Assembly: GCF_051201565.1 (NCBI RefSeq)
Contig: NZ_CP179200.1
Span: forward strand, 1,260,001 to 1,292,000
Length of the DNA stretch: 32,000 nt
Reading direction: 5' to 3'
Origin: Pseudothioglobus sp. nBUS_23
GTDB taxonomy: Bacteria > Pseudomonadota > Gammaproteobacteria > PS1 > Pseudothioglobaceae
The number at the start of each line of letters is the position of its first letter. Within the stretch, counting starts at the first letter, position 1. Of the stretch, positions 9,298 through 17,892 are shown one piece after another. Under the pieces are notes generated by a model, which saw nothing but the letters and a program-made list of their open reading frames with translations, had not been told where the DNA came from and did not search any database. The position numbers were made by a program, and so were the translations under genes.

Positions 9298-10385
9298 TGA
9301 ATCAATCTATTCTTTCTAAGTTAGAGCAATTATCTATGCGCTTAGAAGAAATCAATGCACTTCTATCAGATCAATCAGTTGCTGCTGATCAAAATAAATT
9401 TAGAGAACTTTCAATTGAGCATTCGCAGCTAACCCCAGTGAATGAAAAATATAAAGAGTACTTAGCAACCTTAGAAGACATCGAAACTGCAGAAAAATTA
9501 TTAACCGAGCCAGACGAAGAAATTAAAGAAATGGCTCAGGAGGAGATTTCATCTGGTCAAGAGGTTTTGCAGCAATTGGAGCTAGACCTAAAAAAAGCCT
9601 TACTGCCAAAAGATCCGAATGACTCAAGAAACATTATTATCGAGATTAGAGCTGGGACGGGTGGCGATGAGGCAAGTATCTTTTCAGGTGATCTTTATAG
9701 AATGTACACTCGTTATGTAGAAAAATCTAAATGGCAGCTTGAGATTCTAAGTTCAAGTGTTGGAGAGCATGGCGGGTTTAAAGAAATAATTGCAAGGATT
9801 AGTGGGACTAATGTTTACTCAAAACTAAAGTTTGAATCTGGTGCTCACCGCGTTCAAAGGGTTCCAGAAACTGAATCCCAAGGAAGAGTTCATACATCTG
9901 CTTGTACTGTTGCGGTGATGCCAGAAGTTTCAAATATTGAAGAGGTTGATATCAACATGAACGATGTGAGGGTAGATACTTTTAGAGCTTCAGGGGCTGG
10001 TGGTCAGCATGTTAATAAAACAGATTCTGCGGTTAGGGTTACCCATATTCCAACTGGAACAGTTGTTGAATGCCAAGACGGGAGATCGCAACACAAAAAC
10101 AAAGCTCAAGCTCTGTCAGTTCTTGCCTCAAGAATTTTAGACGCACAACAACAGGAGCAGCAAAAGGAGCAAGCCTCTCAAAGAAAAGAGCTTGTTGGAA
10201 GTGGCGACAGATCCCAAAGAATTCGAACTTATAACTACCCTCAAGGAAGAGTGACTGATCATAGAATCAATCTGACTCTTTACAAACTCAACGAGGTCAT
10301 GGAAGGTGAATTAGAATCAATAATTGATCCACTTATTATTGAGCAGCAAACCAATCAGTTGACGGAGCTCAACGCAAGTCTTTAA
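9297..10385 (+). CDS. prfA: Peptide chain release factor 1
   Basis: 362 aa with the GGQ motif ([16 protein letters not shown]) and an RF1-type PxT region ([17 protein letters not shown]). The start overlaps the hemA stop (TAATG). Confidence 0.95.
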   Translation: MNQSILSKLEQLSMRLEEINALLSDQSVAADQNKFRELSIEHSQLTPVNEKYKEYLATLEDIETAEKLLTEPDEEIKEMAQEEISSGQEVLQQLELDLKKALLPKDPNDSRNIIIEIRAGTGGDEASIFSGDLYRMYTRYVEKSKWQLEILSSSVGEHGGFKEIIARISGTNVYSKLKFESGAHRVQRVPETESQGRVHTSACTVAVMPEVSNIEEVDINMNDVRVDTFRASGAGGQHVNKTDSAVRVTHIPTGTVVECQDGRSQHKNKAQALSVLASRILDAQQQEQQKEQASQRKELVGSGDRSQRIRTYNYPQGRVTDHRINLTLYKLNEVMEGELESIIDPLIIEQQTNQLTELNASL

Positions 10386-11167
10386 ACCTTTTTTGGTATA
10401 AATTGAGCTATAAAAAATATAGCCCCAAGAGTGATTACAATGGTTGGTCCAGTTGCCAGATCAAAATCAATAGATAGATAAAGGCCTACGAGAACAGAAA
10501 ATATAGAGACTATCATAGAAGCAAATATCATTACAACTGGTGAATTTGAAATGACTCTAGCAATTGCAGGAGGGATAATTAAGAGAGAGGTTATGAGAAG
10601 AACTCCTACAATTTGAACTGATACAGAAACTGCTAGGGCAATCAAAAACATAAATAGAAGATCATAATACAATTTATTTATACCTTCGGCCTTGGCCAAC
10701 TCTTCGTTAAGAGTAAGTAATAATAATTTTTTCCAATTAAATACTAGAATTGCGATAACTATGACTGCGACTGAAAAAATCCAATAGAGATCTTTTGAAG
10801 TAATGGAGAGAATATCTCCAAAAAGATAAGCAAAATAATCTGTATTTTGATTTCCAATAATTCCAAGAACCACTATTCCTAACGAGAGTGATATGTGCGA
10901 GAATATTCCAAGAACTGCATCACTTGACCAAAACTCTTTCTGTTGAAGATAAACAATTAGAACTGCAAACAAACTGCCAACAATAACTAAGCCTAAGTTA
11001 ATTCCGAGTCCAGTGGCCAGGCCAAGTGCAACCCCTAAAAGAGCACTATGTGAAATTGAGTCAGAGAAATATGATAGTCTTTTCCAGATCACAAAACAAC
11101 CAAGCGATCCTGCAATCAAAGAAACTCCAATCGAAGCAATAATTGCTCGATATATAAAATCATCCAT
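10382..11167 (-). CDS. znuB: ABC-3 family metal (zinc-type) transporter permease ZnuB
   Basis: 261 aa, colinear with E. coli ZnuB ([23 protein letters not shown] vs [23 protein letters not shown]; [13 protein letters not shown] vs [13 protein letters not shown]). Confidence 0.85.
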   Translation of the reverse strand: MDDFIYRAIIASIGVSLIAGSLGCFVIWKRLSYFSDSISHSALLGVALGLATGLGINLGLVIVGSLFAVLIVYLQQKEFWSSDAVLGIFSHISLSLGIVVLGIIGNQNTDYFAYLFGDILSITSKDLYWIFSVAVIVIAILVFNWKKLLLLTLNEELAKAEGINKLYYDLLFMFLIALAVSVSVQIVGVLLITSLLIIPPAIARVISNSPVVMIFASMIVSIFSVLVGLYLSIDFDLATGPTIVITLGAIFFIAQFIPKKV

Positions 11168-11190
11168 AATCTATAGTATCAACAGCAAGG

Positions 11191-11598
11191 TTAATGACAA
11201 TCCTTGCATAGGCCATAGAGATACAAAGAGTGGTCAGTTAACTCGAATCCATGTTTTTTTGCAATTTGAATCTGATGCTGCTCAATCACATCATCTTGAA
11301 ATTCAATAATCTTATTACATTTAACACAAACTAAGTGATCATGGTGATCGGCCCCACACAACTCATAAACTGCTTGATTATTTTCAAAGTTTAATTTTTG
11401 CACAATACCTGACTCTTCAAACTGCGATAGAACACGATAAATTGTCGCAACACCAACCTCTTCATTTTGCTCAATCAGAACCCTATAAATATCCTCAGCA
11501 CTGAGATGATGGCTTGGAGAGCTCTCAAGAACTTCTAAAATTTTGAGCCTTGGCAGGGTGACTTTTAGACCAGCACTTTTTAAATCTTCTGCATCCAT
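11191..11598 (-). CDS. fur: Ferric uptake regulator Fur
   Basis: 135 aa. LKSAGLKVTLPRLKILEVL, HHLSAEDIYRVL, ATIYRVLSQFEESGIV, HHDHLVCVKCNKIIEF and HSLYLYGLC are near-identical in pattern to E. coli Fur, much closer than to Zur. It is divergent from bamE/omlA, as in Pseudomonas. Confidence 0.9.
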   Translation of the reverse strand: MDAEDLKSAGLKVTLPRLKILEVLESSPSHHLSAEDIYRVLIEQNEEVGVATIYRVLSQFEESGIVQKLNFENNQAVYELCGADHHDHLVCVKCNKIIEFQDDVIEQHQIQIAKKHGFELTDHSLYLYGLCKDCH

Positions 11599-11650
11599 TA
11601 AAAAATCCTTAAGGTAAAATCCTCTTTATATTTTATATGTTTAACAATAG

Positions 11651-12094
11651 ATGAATAGATTAACTTTTATTTTGCTTGCTGCGATTGTGTTAACTGGATG
11701 TTCCAGTAACCTTCCAAAGGCTCCTGAACTTCCAAAGATGCCCAAGTTTTCAATGCCTGAGCTTCCTAAGATGCCTAAGCTATCTTTGCCGAGTTGGGCA
11801 AAACCCAAATTGCCATCCATTGAAGTCTATAAGCCTACCATTATGCAAGGCTCAGTCCTTGAAATGAGTGATGTCAATCTGCTTCAAATCGGTATGACTA
11901 AGAATCAGGTTATGGATTTAATTGGTTCGCCAAGCATCATTGATCCGTTTCATCAGTATCAGTGGGACTATATTAACCACTCATCAATTGAGGGTGAAAC
12001 TAAGATTCAATACCGCTTGAGATTGATATTTGATGGTAATATCCTTGCTGAAATTGATAAAACTGGTCTTTCGGGCTTATTGGTTAATAACTAA
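11651..12094 (+). CDS. bamE: Outer membrane protein assembly factor BamE (SmpA/OmlA lipoprotein) with a Pro/Lys-rich repeat linker
   Basis: 147 aa with signal peptide plus lipobox LTGCSS. It has a SmpA/OmlA-like core (IQGSVLEMSDVNLLQIGMTKNQVMDLIGSP). It is divergent from fur. Confidence 0.8.
   Translation: MNRLTFILLAAIVLTGCSSNLPKAPELPKMPKFSMPELPKMPKLSLPSWAKPKLPSIEVYKPTIMQGSVLEMSDVNLLQIGMTKNQVMDLIGSPSIIDPFHQYQWDYINHSSIEGETKIQYRLRLIFDGNILAEIDKTGLSGLLVNN
11723..11779. repeat. Imperfect 24-bp direct repeat (33-bp period) in bamE encoding PELPKMPK twice
   Basis: CCTGAACTTCCAAAGATGCCCAAG at 11723-46 versus CCTGAGCTTCCTAAGATGCCTAAG at 11756-79. All three differences are synonymous. Confidence 0.85.
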
Positions 12095-12164
12095 TCCCTC
12101 AATTCTGAGAATCAGCTTGCTAGATTACTCCTTGTTAATTTGGGGTATCAATTAAAATAGACAG

Positions 12165-12767
12165 ATGTCGAAACTTAAAGTAAACAACTTAAGCTGTCAA
12201 AAAGGTTACAACCTTCTATTTGAGAATCTTTCATTCGAGATTAACTCTGGTGATGTGTTAAAAATTTCTGGACCAAATGGTTCGGGAAAAACCTCACTAC
12301 TAAGAATTATTGCAGGGCTCAGTTCTTTCGAGTCAGGTGAAATACACTATGACTCTTATAAATTGAATAGTGAGCAATATAAACTTGATTTTCTTTATCT
12401 TGGTCATTTAGCCTCATTGAGTCCAGAATTAAGCTGCATTGAAAACTTAAGATACAGCTCTCTTCTTGATGCAAATGACTTAAATAATGATCACTCCAGG
12501 GCGCTCAAGCAAGTAGGTCTAGAGAAATATGAGAATGACCTTGTTGGCACCCTTTCTGCTGGCCAGAAAAAAAGAATTGCACTTTCACTTCTCTTTATTA
12601 CTAGCTCAAAAGTCTGGCTACTTGATGAGCCTTTTTCAGCGCTTGATTCAAAGGCAATTAAGATCTTTGAAAATAAAATTGAGGACCATTGCAAGCAAGG
12701 TGGAATATGCATTTTGACTACTCATCAGGAATGCAACATTAATAATCTAAGGGAGATTTCACTATGA
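12165..12767 (+). CDS. ccmA: Cytochrome c biogenesis (heme export) ABC ATPase CcmA
   Basis: 200 aa with Walker A GPNGSGKTS, signature LSAGQKKR and Walker B WLLDEP. It overlaps ccmB by 4 nt. Confidence 0.85.
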   Translation: MSKLKVNNLSCQKGYNLLFENLSFEINSGDVLKISGPNGSGKTSLLRIIAGLSSFESGEIHYDSYKLNSEQYKLDFLYLGHLASLSPELSCIENLRYSSLLDANDLNNDHSRALKQVGLEKYENDLVGTLSAGQKKRIALSLLFITSSKVWLLDEPFSALDSKAIKIFENKIEDHCKQGGICILTTHQECNINNLREISL

Positions 12768-13429
12768 ATATCTTTCTAACCACTATATCAAGAGACTTAA
12801 AAATGGCAGTCAGGAATCCTTCAAGCTTCCTTAATCCTTTAATGTTTTTTGTAATATCGATTTCTTTATTTCCAATAGCGATAAGTCCAGAGGCTGAAAC
12901 ACTAACTAGAATGGCTCCAGGAATTTTTTGGGTAATTACGATGCTATCCGTTCTTCTATCGCTAAACACATTATTTCATTATGATTTTGATAATGGAGTT
13001 CTTGAGCAAATGATCATTTCTCATCACTCACTTTCACTCATCCTCTTGGCTAAAACCACAGCTCATTGGATTCTCTCGGGTCTTCCAATTATTATCTTGT
13101 CGCCCTTTCTTGGTATGGCACTTTTTCTCAGCTCTGAGAGTATCATTATTTTGATATTGACCTTGATTATAGCAACCCCCTGTTTGAGCCTTATTGGATC
13201 AATAGGCGCCTCTCTTGTAGTTGGAATTAAAAACTCTGGAATGCTTTTATCTCTGCTGATACTCCCCCTCTATATTCCCATTTTGATATTTGCAACCAGT
13301 GCAATCTCTCATGCCCAATCAAACCAAGCGATTGATGGTCAATTATATTTTTTAGGTTTTTTTCTAGTGCTGAGCCTTATCATTACTCCATTTCTTAGTG
13401 CATTATCTTTAAAAATTAGCCTCGAATAG
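12764..13429 (+). CDS. ccmB: Heme exporter protein CcmB
   Basis: 221 aa, colinear with E. coli CcmB (NPLMFFVISISLFPIAISPE vs NPLWFFLIVITLFPLSIGPE; LLILPLYIPILIFATSA vs ILVLPLTIPLLIFATAA). Confidence 0.9.
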   Translation: MNIFLTTISRDLKMAVRNPSSFLNPLMFFVISISLFPIAISPEAETLTRMAPGIFWVITMLSVLLSLNTLFHYDFDNGVLEQMIISHHSLSLILLAKTTAHWILSGLPIIILSPFLGMALFLSSESIIILILTLIIATPCLSLIGSIGASLVVGIKNSGMLLSLLILPLYIPILIFATSAISHAQSNQAIDGQLYFLGFFLVLSLIITPFLSALSLKISLE

Positions 13430-13431
13430 TC

Positions 13432-13459
13432 TTTACATTAATTCTCTTAAGGCTATAAT
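13432..13459 (+). promoter_or_regulatory. Sigma70-type promoter for metK (TTTACA-N16-TATAAT)
   Basis: -35 TTTACA at 13432-13437, a 16-nt spacer, and -10 TATAAT at 13454-13459. It lies directly after the ccmB stop and predicts a start near 13466. Confidence 0.6.
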
Positions 13460-13465
13460 AAATCA

Positions 13466-13555
13466 ACGCTGATTTGTACCGATTGCTAGCGTAGTCGATT
13501 AAACGACTAAAACAAGCTAAAGCTGAGCATTTTTTCAAAAATTCTTCTTTAGCTT
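13466..13555 (+). promoter_or_regulatory. Structured metK 5' leader; candidate SAM-responsive riboswitch or attenuator of unassigned class
   Basis: Complementary segments seen directly: ACGCU 13466-70 / AGCGU 13488-92; UAGUCG 13492-97 / CGACUA 13504-09 (loop AUUAAA); AAGCUAAAG 13514-22 / CUUUAGCUU 13547-55, enclosing AUUUUU 13529-34 / AAAAAU 13537-42. It contains GAUUU, UUGC and AAAGCU in that order. Confidence 0.4.
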
Positions 13556-13582
13556 TAATTTGAACTAAAAAAGGATTTTAAA

Positions 13583-14716
13583 ATGATTTTTACCTCTGAA
13601 TCTGTCTCTGCAGGTCACCCCGATAAAGTTTGTGACCAAATTTCAGATGCCATTCTTGATGCTGCCCTTGAACAAGATCCAGGCTCGAGAGTTGCTGTTG
13701 AAACTCTAGTTAAAGATAACCAAGTTGTTTTGGCAGGCGAAATAACTACTGCCGCTGAAATAGATTACGATGCCATTGTAAGGAAAACTATTCTTGGAAT
13801 TGGGTATGACAAAGAGGAGTACGGTTTTAATGGGGCAACCTGCTCAATTACGAACCTCCTTGGAAGACAATCTCAAGATATTTCAATGGGTGTTACAGAG
13901 AGTGAAAACCATGAACAAGGTGCTGGAGATCAGGGGCTAATGTTTGGCTATGCTGAAAATTCAACTGAAGAGCTCATGCCAGCACCAATAATGCTCTCAC
14001 ATCAACTTGTAAGACAACAAGCTGATTTGATGCTCAATGGCTCAATACCATGGCTTCGCCCAGATGCAAAATCACAAGTTTCTTGTATTTATGAAGGTAA
14101 TCAGATTGTTGGAATTGATGCTGTTGTTCTGTCAACTCAGCATGATGGCGATGTTTCATTAAATGAACTAAGAGAAAGCGTTTTAGAGAATATCATTAAA
14201 CCCATACTTCCAGAAAAATGGCTTACCAAGGAAACTCAATACCACATCAATCCAACTGGTAATTTCGAGATTGGTGGCCCTGTAGGAGATGCTGGACTTA
14301 CTGGTAGAAAAATTATAGTGGACACATATGGTGGCATGGCAAGACATGGGGGTGGAGCATTTTCAGGTAAAGATCCTTCAAAAGTAGATCGCAGTGCTGC
14401 CTATGCGACTCGATATGTTGCTAAAAACATTGTTGCTGCTGGTATTGCTAAGCGTTGTGAAATTCAAGTTTCATATGCGATTGGCGTTGCGGAGCCGACT
14501 AGCATCAGTGTTGATACTTTTGGTACAGGAGAGATGCCTAATCATGAAATTGTCGCCTTAATCAGAGAACATTTTGACCTTCGTCCAAAAGGTTTAATTG
14601 CAATGCTAGATCTGAAACGACCTATTTATCAGCAAACTGCCAGTTATGGTCATTTTGGCAGGACTGAAGAGTCAATAAGCTGGGAAAAAACAAACAGAGC
14701 TGAACGGCTAAAATAG
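13583..14716 (+). CDS. metK: S-adenosylmethionine synthetase
   Basis: 377 aa with [37 protein letters not shown] and [19 protein letters not shown] motifs. Confidence 0.96.
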   Translation: MIFTSESVSAGHPDKVCDQISDAILDAALEQDPGSRVAVETLVKDNQVVLAGEITTAAEIDYDAIVRKTILGIGYDKEEYGFNGATCSITNLLGRQSQDISMGVTESENHEQGAGDQGLMFGYAENSTEELMPAPIMLSHQLVRQQADLMLNGSIPWLRPDAKSQVSCIYEGNQIVGIDAVVLSTQHDGDVSLNELRESVLENIIKPILPEKWLTKETQYHINPTGNFEIGGPVGDAGLTGRKIIVDTYGGMARHGGGAFSGKDPSKVDRSAAYATRYVAKNIVAAGIAKRCEIQVSYAIGVAEPTSISVDTFGTGEMPNHEIVALIREHFDLRPKGLIAMLDLKRPIYQQTASYGHFGRTEESISWEKTNRAERLK

Positions 14717-14735
14717 TTTCTTTTGTTTTTGTTTT

Positions 14736-14744
14736 TGGTATAAT
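14736..14744 (+). promoter_or_regulatory. Extended -10 promoter element for ahcY (TGGTATAAT)
   Basis: TGnTATAAT at 14736-14744, about 8 nt upstream of the first riboswitch helix. Confidence 0.55.
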
Positions 14745-14752
14745 CAGCATCC

Positions 14753-14814
14753 TGCCAAGGAGCGTTGCAATGAGAAAAATTCTCAATCAGGCTTGGCAAT
14801 CAAAACGACGCTCA
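14753..14814 (+). promoter_or_regulatory. SAH (S-adenosylhomocysteine) riboswitch
   Basis: UGCCAAGGAGCGUUGCAAUGAGAAAAAUUCUCAAUCAGGCUUGGCAAUCAAAACGACGCUCA. P1 is 14753-59/14792-98 (7 bp), the hairpin is 14771-75/14781-85, and the pseudoknot is GAGCGU 14760-65 / ACGCUC 14808-13. The blocks AGGAGCGUUGC, CAGGCUUGG and AACGACGCUCA match the class consensus as I recall it. It lies upstream of ahcY. Confidence 0.85.
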
Positions 14815-14841
14815 TTTTTTTTCAACTAACAAGGAAATTAA

Positions 14842-16269
14842 ATGAGTAATTCAACAGTTAATAGTAAAGACTTTAAGGTTTCAGATCTTGACTTAGACAG
14901 CCTAAGCAATGACTTCAAGGTTGCTGACATAAACCTTGCTGAATTCGGGCGCAAGGAAATCGAGCTAGCCGAATCTGAAATGCCTGCTTTAATGGCGCTA
15001 AGAGAAAAGTACAGCAAAGAGCAGCCATTAAAAGGCGCGAAGATTATGGGCTGTATCCATATGACAATTCAAACTGCTGTTCTTATGGAAACATTAATTG
15101 ATCTTGGTGCAGAAATACGCTGGTCATCGTGCAATATTTTCTCAACTCAGGATCACGCAGCCTCTGCTATGGCTGCTAGAAATATTCCTGTTTTTGCTTG
15201 GAAAGGTGAAACTGAAGAAGAGTTTTTGTGGTGTATTGAGCAAACCATTCTTCACAATGGAAAACCATGGGATGCCAATATGATTCTTGATGATGGCGGT
15301 GATTTAACGGGTATGGTTCATGACAAGTATCCTGAAATGCTTGATAAGATTCATGGTATTAGTGAGGAGACAACAACTGGCGTTCATCGCCTCTTAGAAA
15401 TGATTGAAAGTGGTGAGCTTAAAGTTCCTGCAATCAACGTTAATGATGCTGTCACTAAAGCAAAAAATGATAACAAATATGGGTGTCGTCATTCTCTAAA
15501 CGATGCCATAAAGCGTGGCACCGATATGTTGATGTCTGGAAAGAAAGCTCTTCTTATTGGTTACGGAGATGTTGGTAAAGGTTCTGCAATGTCACTTCGC
15601 CAAGAAGGCATGATTGTAAAGATTTCTGAGGTTGACCCTATTTGTGCTTTCCAAGCCTGTATGGATGGTTTTGAAGTGGTTTCACCTTATATTAATGGTA
15701 TTAACACAGGCTCTTTGGACTGTATCAATAAGGAGCTACTAGCCAGTACTGATTTAATTGTTACAACAACGGGCAACACCAATGTGTGCGATGCAGCAAT
15801 GCTTCAATGCCTTAAAGCTGGCTCTGTAGTATGCAACATTGGTCACTTTGATAATGAGATAGATACACTCTACATGCGTAATAACTGGAAATGGGACGAA
15901 GTAAAGCCCCAAGTCCATCGCATCTATCGATCAAATGACAACAATGATTACTTGATTCTACTGTCTGAAGGCAGACTCGTAAACTTAGGCAATGCAACTG
16001 GACACCCATCTAGAATTATGGATGGATCTTTTGCCAACCAAGTACTTGCTCAGATGCATCTTTTTGAAAAGAAATTTGCGGATTTACCTAAAGATCAAAA
16101 GGCAGCCAATGTCACTGTAGAACTTCTACCAAAGAAACTTGATGAAGAAGTAGCGGCAGGAATGGTTGGTGGTTTTGGCGGTGTTTTAACTGTGATGACT
16201 GCCGAGCAAGCTAAGTATATTAATACTCCAAAAGAGGGTCCATTCAAGCCTGAGGCCTATAAATACTAA
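14842..16269 (+). CDS. ahcY: Adenosylhomocysteinase
   Basis: 475 aa with [15 protein letters not shown] and the NAD-binding [10 protein letters not shown]. The C-terminal tail ends PFKPEAYKY. It is preceded by an SAH riboswitch. Confidence 0.96.
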   Translation: MSNSTVNSKDFKVSDLDLDSLSNDFKVADINLAEFGRKEIELAESEMPALMALREKYSKEQPLKGAKIMGCIHMTIQTAVLMETLIDLGAEIRWSSCNIFSTQDHAASAMAARNIPVFAWKGETEEEFLWCIEQTILHNGKPWDANMILDDGGDLTGMVHDKYPEMLDKIHGISEETTTGVHRLLEMIESGELKVPAINVNDAVTKAKNDNKYGCRHSLNDAIKRGTDMLMSGKKALLIGYGDVGKGSAMSLRQEGMIVKISEVDPICAFQACMDGFEVVSPYINGINTGSLDCINKELLASTDLIVTTTGNTNVCDAAMLQCLKAGSVVCNIGHFDNEIDTLYMRNNWKWDEVKPQVHRIYRSNDNNDYLILLSEGRLVNLGNATGHPSRIMDGSFANQVLAQMHLFEKKFADLPKDQKAANVTVELLPKKLDEEVAAGMVGGFGGVLTVMTAEQAKYINTPKEGPFKPEAYKY

Positions 16270-16291
16270 GTTTCTTGTGATGCTTAAAAAG

Positions 16292-16317
16292 TGCGGGATT
16301 ATTTTCCCGCATTTTTA
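16292..16317 (+). terminator. Rho-independent terminator after ahcY
   Basis: UGCGGGA 16292-98 / UCCCGCA 16305-11 stem with loop UUAUUU, followed by UUUUUAUUAUUU. Confidence 0.8.
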
Positions 16318-16401
16318 TTATTTCTTTTGCCATAAAATTTAAATGTCAGCCCTAGGGTAAATTGGTGGGGTAAAATTTTATTATTTCTCAGTTCGGATTG
16401 A

Positions 16402-17298
16402 ATGTCTAATTTAGAGCTCGATACAACCAAGTCATTTCAAAATCTTATCCTTAAGTTACAAAGTTTCTGGGCTGAAAATGGTTGTGCTATTGTTCAGCCA
16501 TTCGATATGGAGGTTGGTGCTGGTACCTTTCATCCAGCAACGTTTATCAGGTCGATAGGACCAGAGCCCTGGAAAGCAGCCTATGTTCAACCATCCAGAA
16601 GACCTGGAGATGGTCGTTATGGTGAAAACCCTAATCGCCTTCAGCATTACTATCAATTTCAAGTTTTATTAAAACCTTCACCAAAAAATATTCAAGATCT
16701 TTATCTTGATTCGTTAACAGCTATTGGTATTGATTTAAAAATGCACGATGTGAGATTTGTGGAAGATAATTGGGAATCCCCTACTTTGGGAGCCTGGGGG
16801 CTAGGTTGGGAGGTCTGGCTAAATGGAATGGAGGTTAGCCAATTTACTTATTTCCAGCAAGTTGGTGGGCTCACTTGTAAGCCTGTCTCTGGGGAACTTA
16901 CCTATGGCCTTGAAAGGCTAGCAATGTATCTACAAGGCGTTGATAGTGTTTATGATCTTGTTTGGACTGATGGCCTTACTTATGGTGATGTATACCATCA
17001 AAATGAAGTTGAGCAATCTAAATACAACTTTGAGATTGCAGACACAGCTGTTCTATTTAGACAGTTTGATGAGGCTGAATCAATGAACTCAAAACTTATT
17101 GAAGAGAACCTGCCCTTTCCAGCTTACGAGCAAACTATGAAAGCCTCTCATATTTTTAATCTTCTAGATGCAAGAAAAGCAATAAGTGTAACCGACAGAG
17201 CAAGATTCATTAGAAGAGTGCGGGCAATGAGTCAAAAAGTAGCTCAAGCCTATTACGAGTCCAGAGAGCGACTGGGCTTCCCTATGCTTAAAAAATAG
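16402..17298 (+). CDS. glyQ: Glycine--tRNA ligase alpha subunit
   Basis: 298 aa, near-colinear with E. coli GlyQ ([17 protein letters not shown]..., [62 protein letters not shown]). Confidence 0.97.
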   Translation: MSNLELDTTKSFQNLILKLQSFWAENGCAIVQPFDMEVGAGTFHPATFIRSIGPEPWKAAYVQPSRRPGDGRYGENPNRLQHYYQFQVLLKPSPKNIQDLYLDSLTAIGIDLKMHDVRFVEDNWESPTLGAWGLGWEVWLNGMEVSQFTYFQQVGGLTCKPVSGELTYGLERLAMYLQGVDSVYDLVWTDGLTYGDVYHQNEVEQSKYNFEIADTAVLFRQFDEAESMNSKLIEENLPFPAYEQTMKASHIFNLLDARKAISVTDRARFIRRVRAMSQKVAQAYYESRERLGFPMLKK

Positions 17299-17313
17299 AC
17301 TCTCGAACCCCTG

Positions 17314-17892
17314 ATGAGGCCTTTTCACTCCATTTATAACAAAATTTTAGATTGGTCTTCTAGTCGATTTGCCATTCTGTGGCTTTCAGTCATAAGTTTT
17401 TTTGAATCGGTCATTATTCCGTTGCCACTTCAAGACTTGTTATTGGCATCCATGTCGTTAAGAAATAGATCAAAAGCCTTCTATTTTGCTGCAATTTGTA
17501 CTGTTGCATCAGTTTTAGGTGCAATTCTAGGTTATTACATTGGTGTGCAAGCAGAAAACTTTATCATGCCATTACTCATTAACTTAGGCTATGAGGCAAA
17601 ATTTGAAACCGCACAAATATACTTCCAAACTTATGGCATCTATATTATTTTAATTGCTGGTTTTAGCCCAATTCCGTACAAACTTTTTACAATTTCTGCC
17701 GGAATGATGTCAATGTCTCTATTTCCGTTTATTGTTTTTTCATTAATTGCGAGAGGCTCTAGATATTTTTTAATATCTTTTATTGTCAGAAAGTTTGGAA
17801 AAATGGCTGATGCATGGTTAAATAAATACATTGATTGGCTCGGATATCTTCTAATTATAGCGGTAGCTTTATTTTTATGGTATGGATACTAA
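17314..17892 (+). CDS. DedA/YqaA-family (SNARE-associated domain) inner-membrane protein
   Basis: 192 aa and polytopic. The pattern FFESVIIPLP ... GxxxGYYIG ... IAGFSPIPYKLFTISAGM is typical of the YqaA/DedA family. Confidence 0.7.
   Translation: MRPFHSIYNKILDWSSSRFAILWLSVISFFESVIIPLPLQDLLLASMSLRNRSKAFYFAAICTVASVLGAILGYYIGVQAENFIMPLLINLGYEAKFETAQIYFQTYGIYIILIAGFSPIPYKLFTISAGMMSMSLFPFIVFSLIARGSRYFLISFIVRKFGKMADAWLNKYIDWLGYLLIIAVALFLWYGY

Noticed and set aside
11599-11650. Fur box in the fur<>bamE divergent spacer (autoregulation).
   Set aside because: Nothing convincingly resembles GATAATGATAATCATTATC. I saw only the CCTTAAGG palindrome and an AAAATCC direct repeat, which are too short to interpret.
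14717-14735. T-rich tract after metK (TTTCTTTTGTTTTTGTTTTT) as a terminator.
   Set aside because: The only upstream pairing partner is an A-rich run in the metK 3' end, giving an all-A:U stem with a large loop. That is too weak to call, so the tract may simply be promoter UP-element-like DNA for ahcY.
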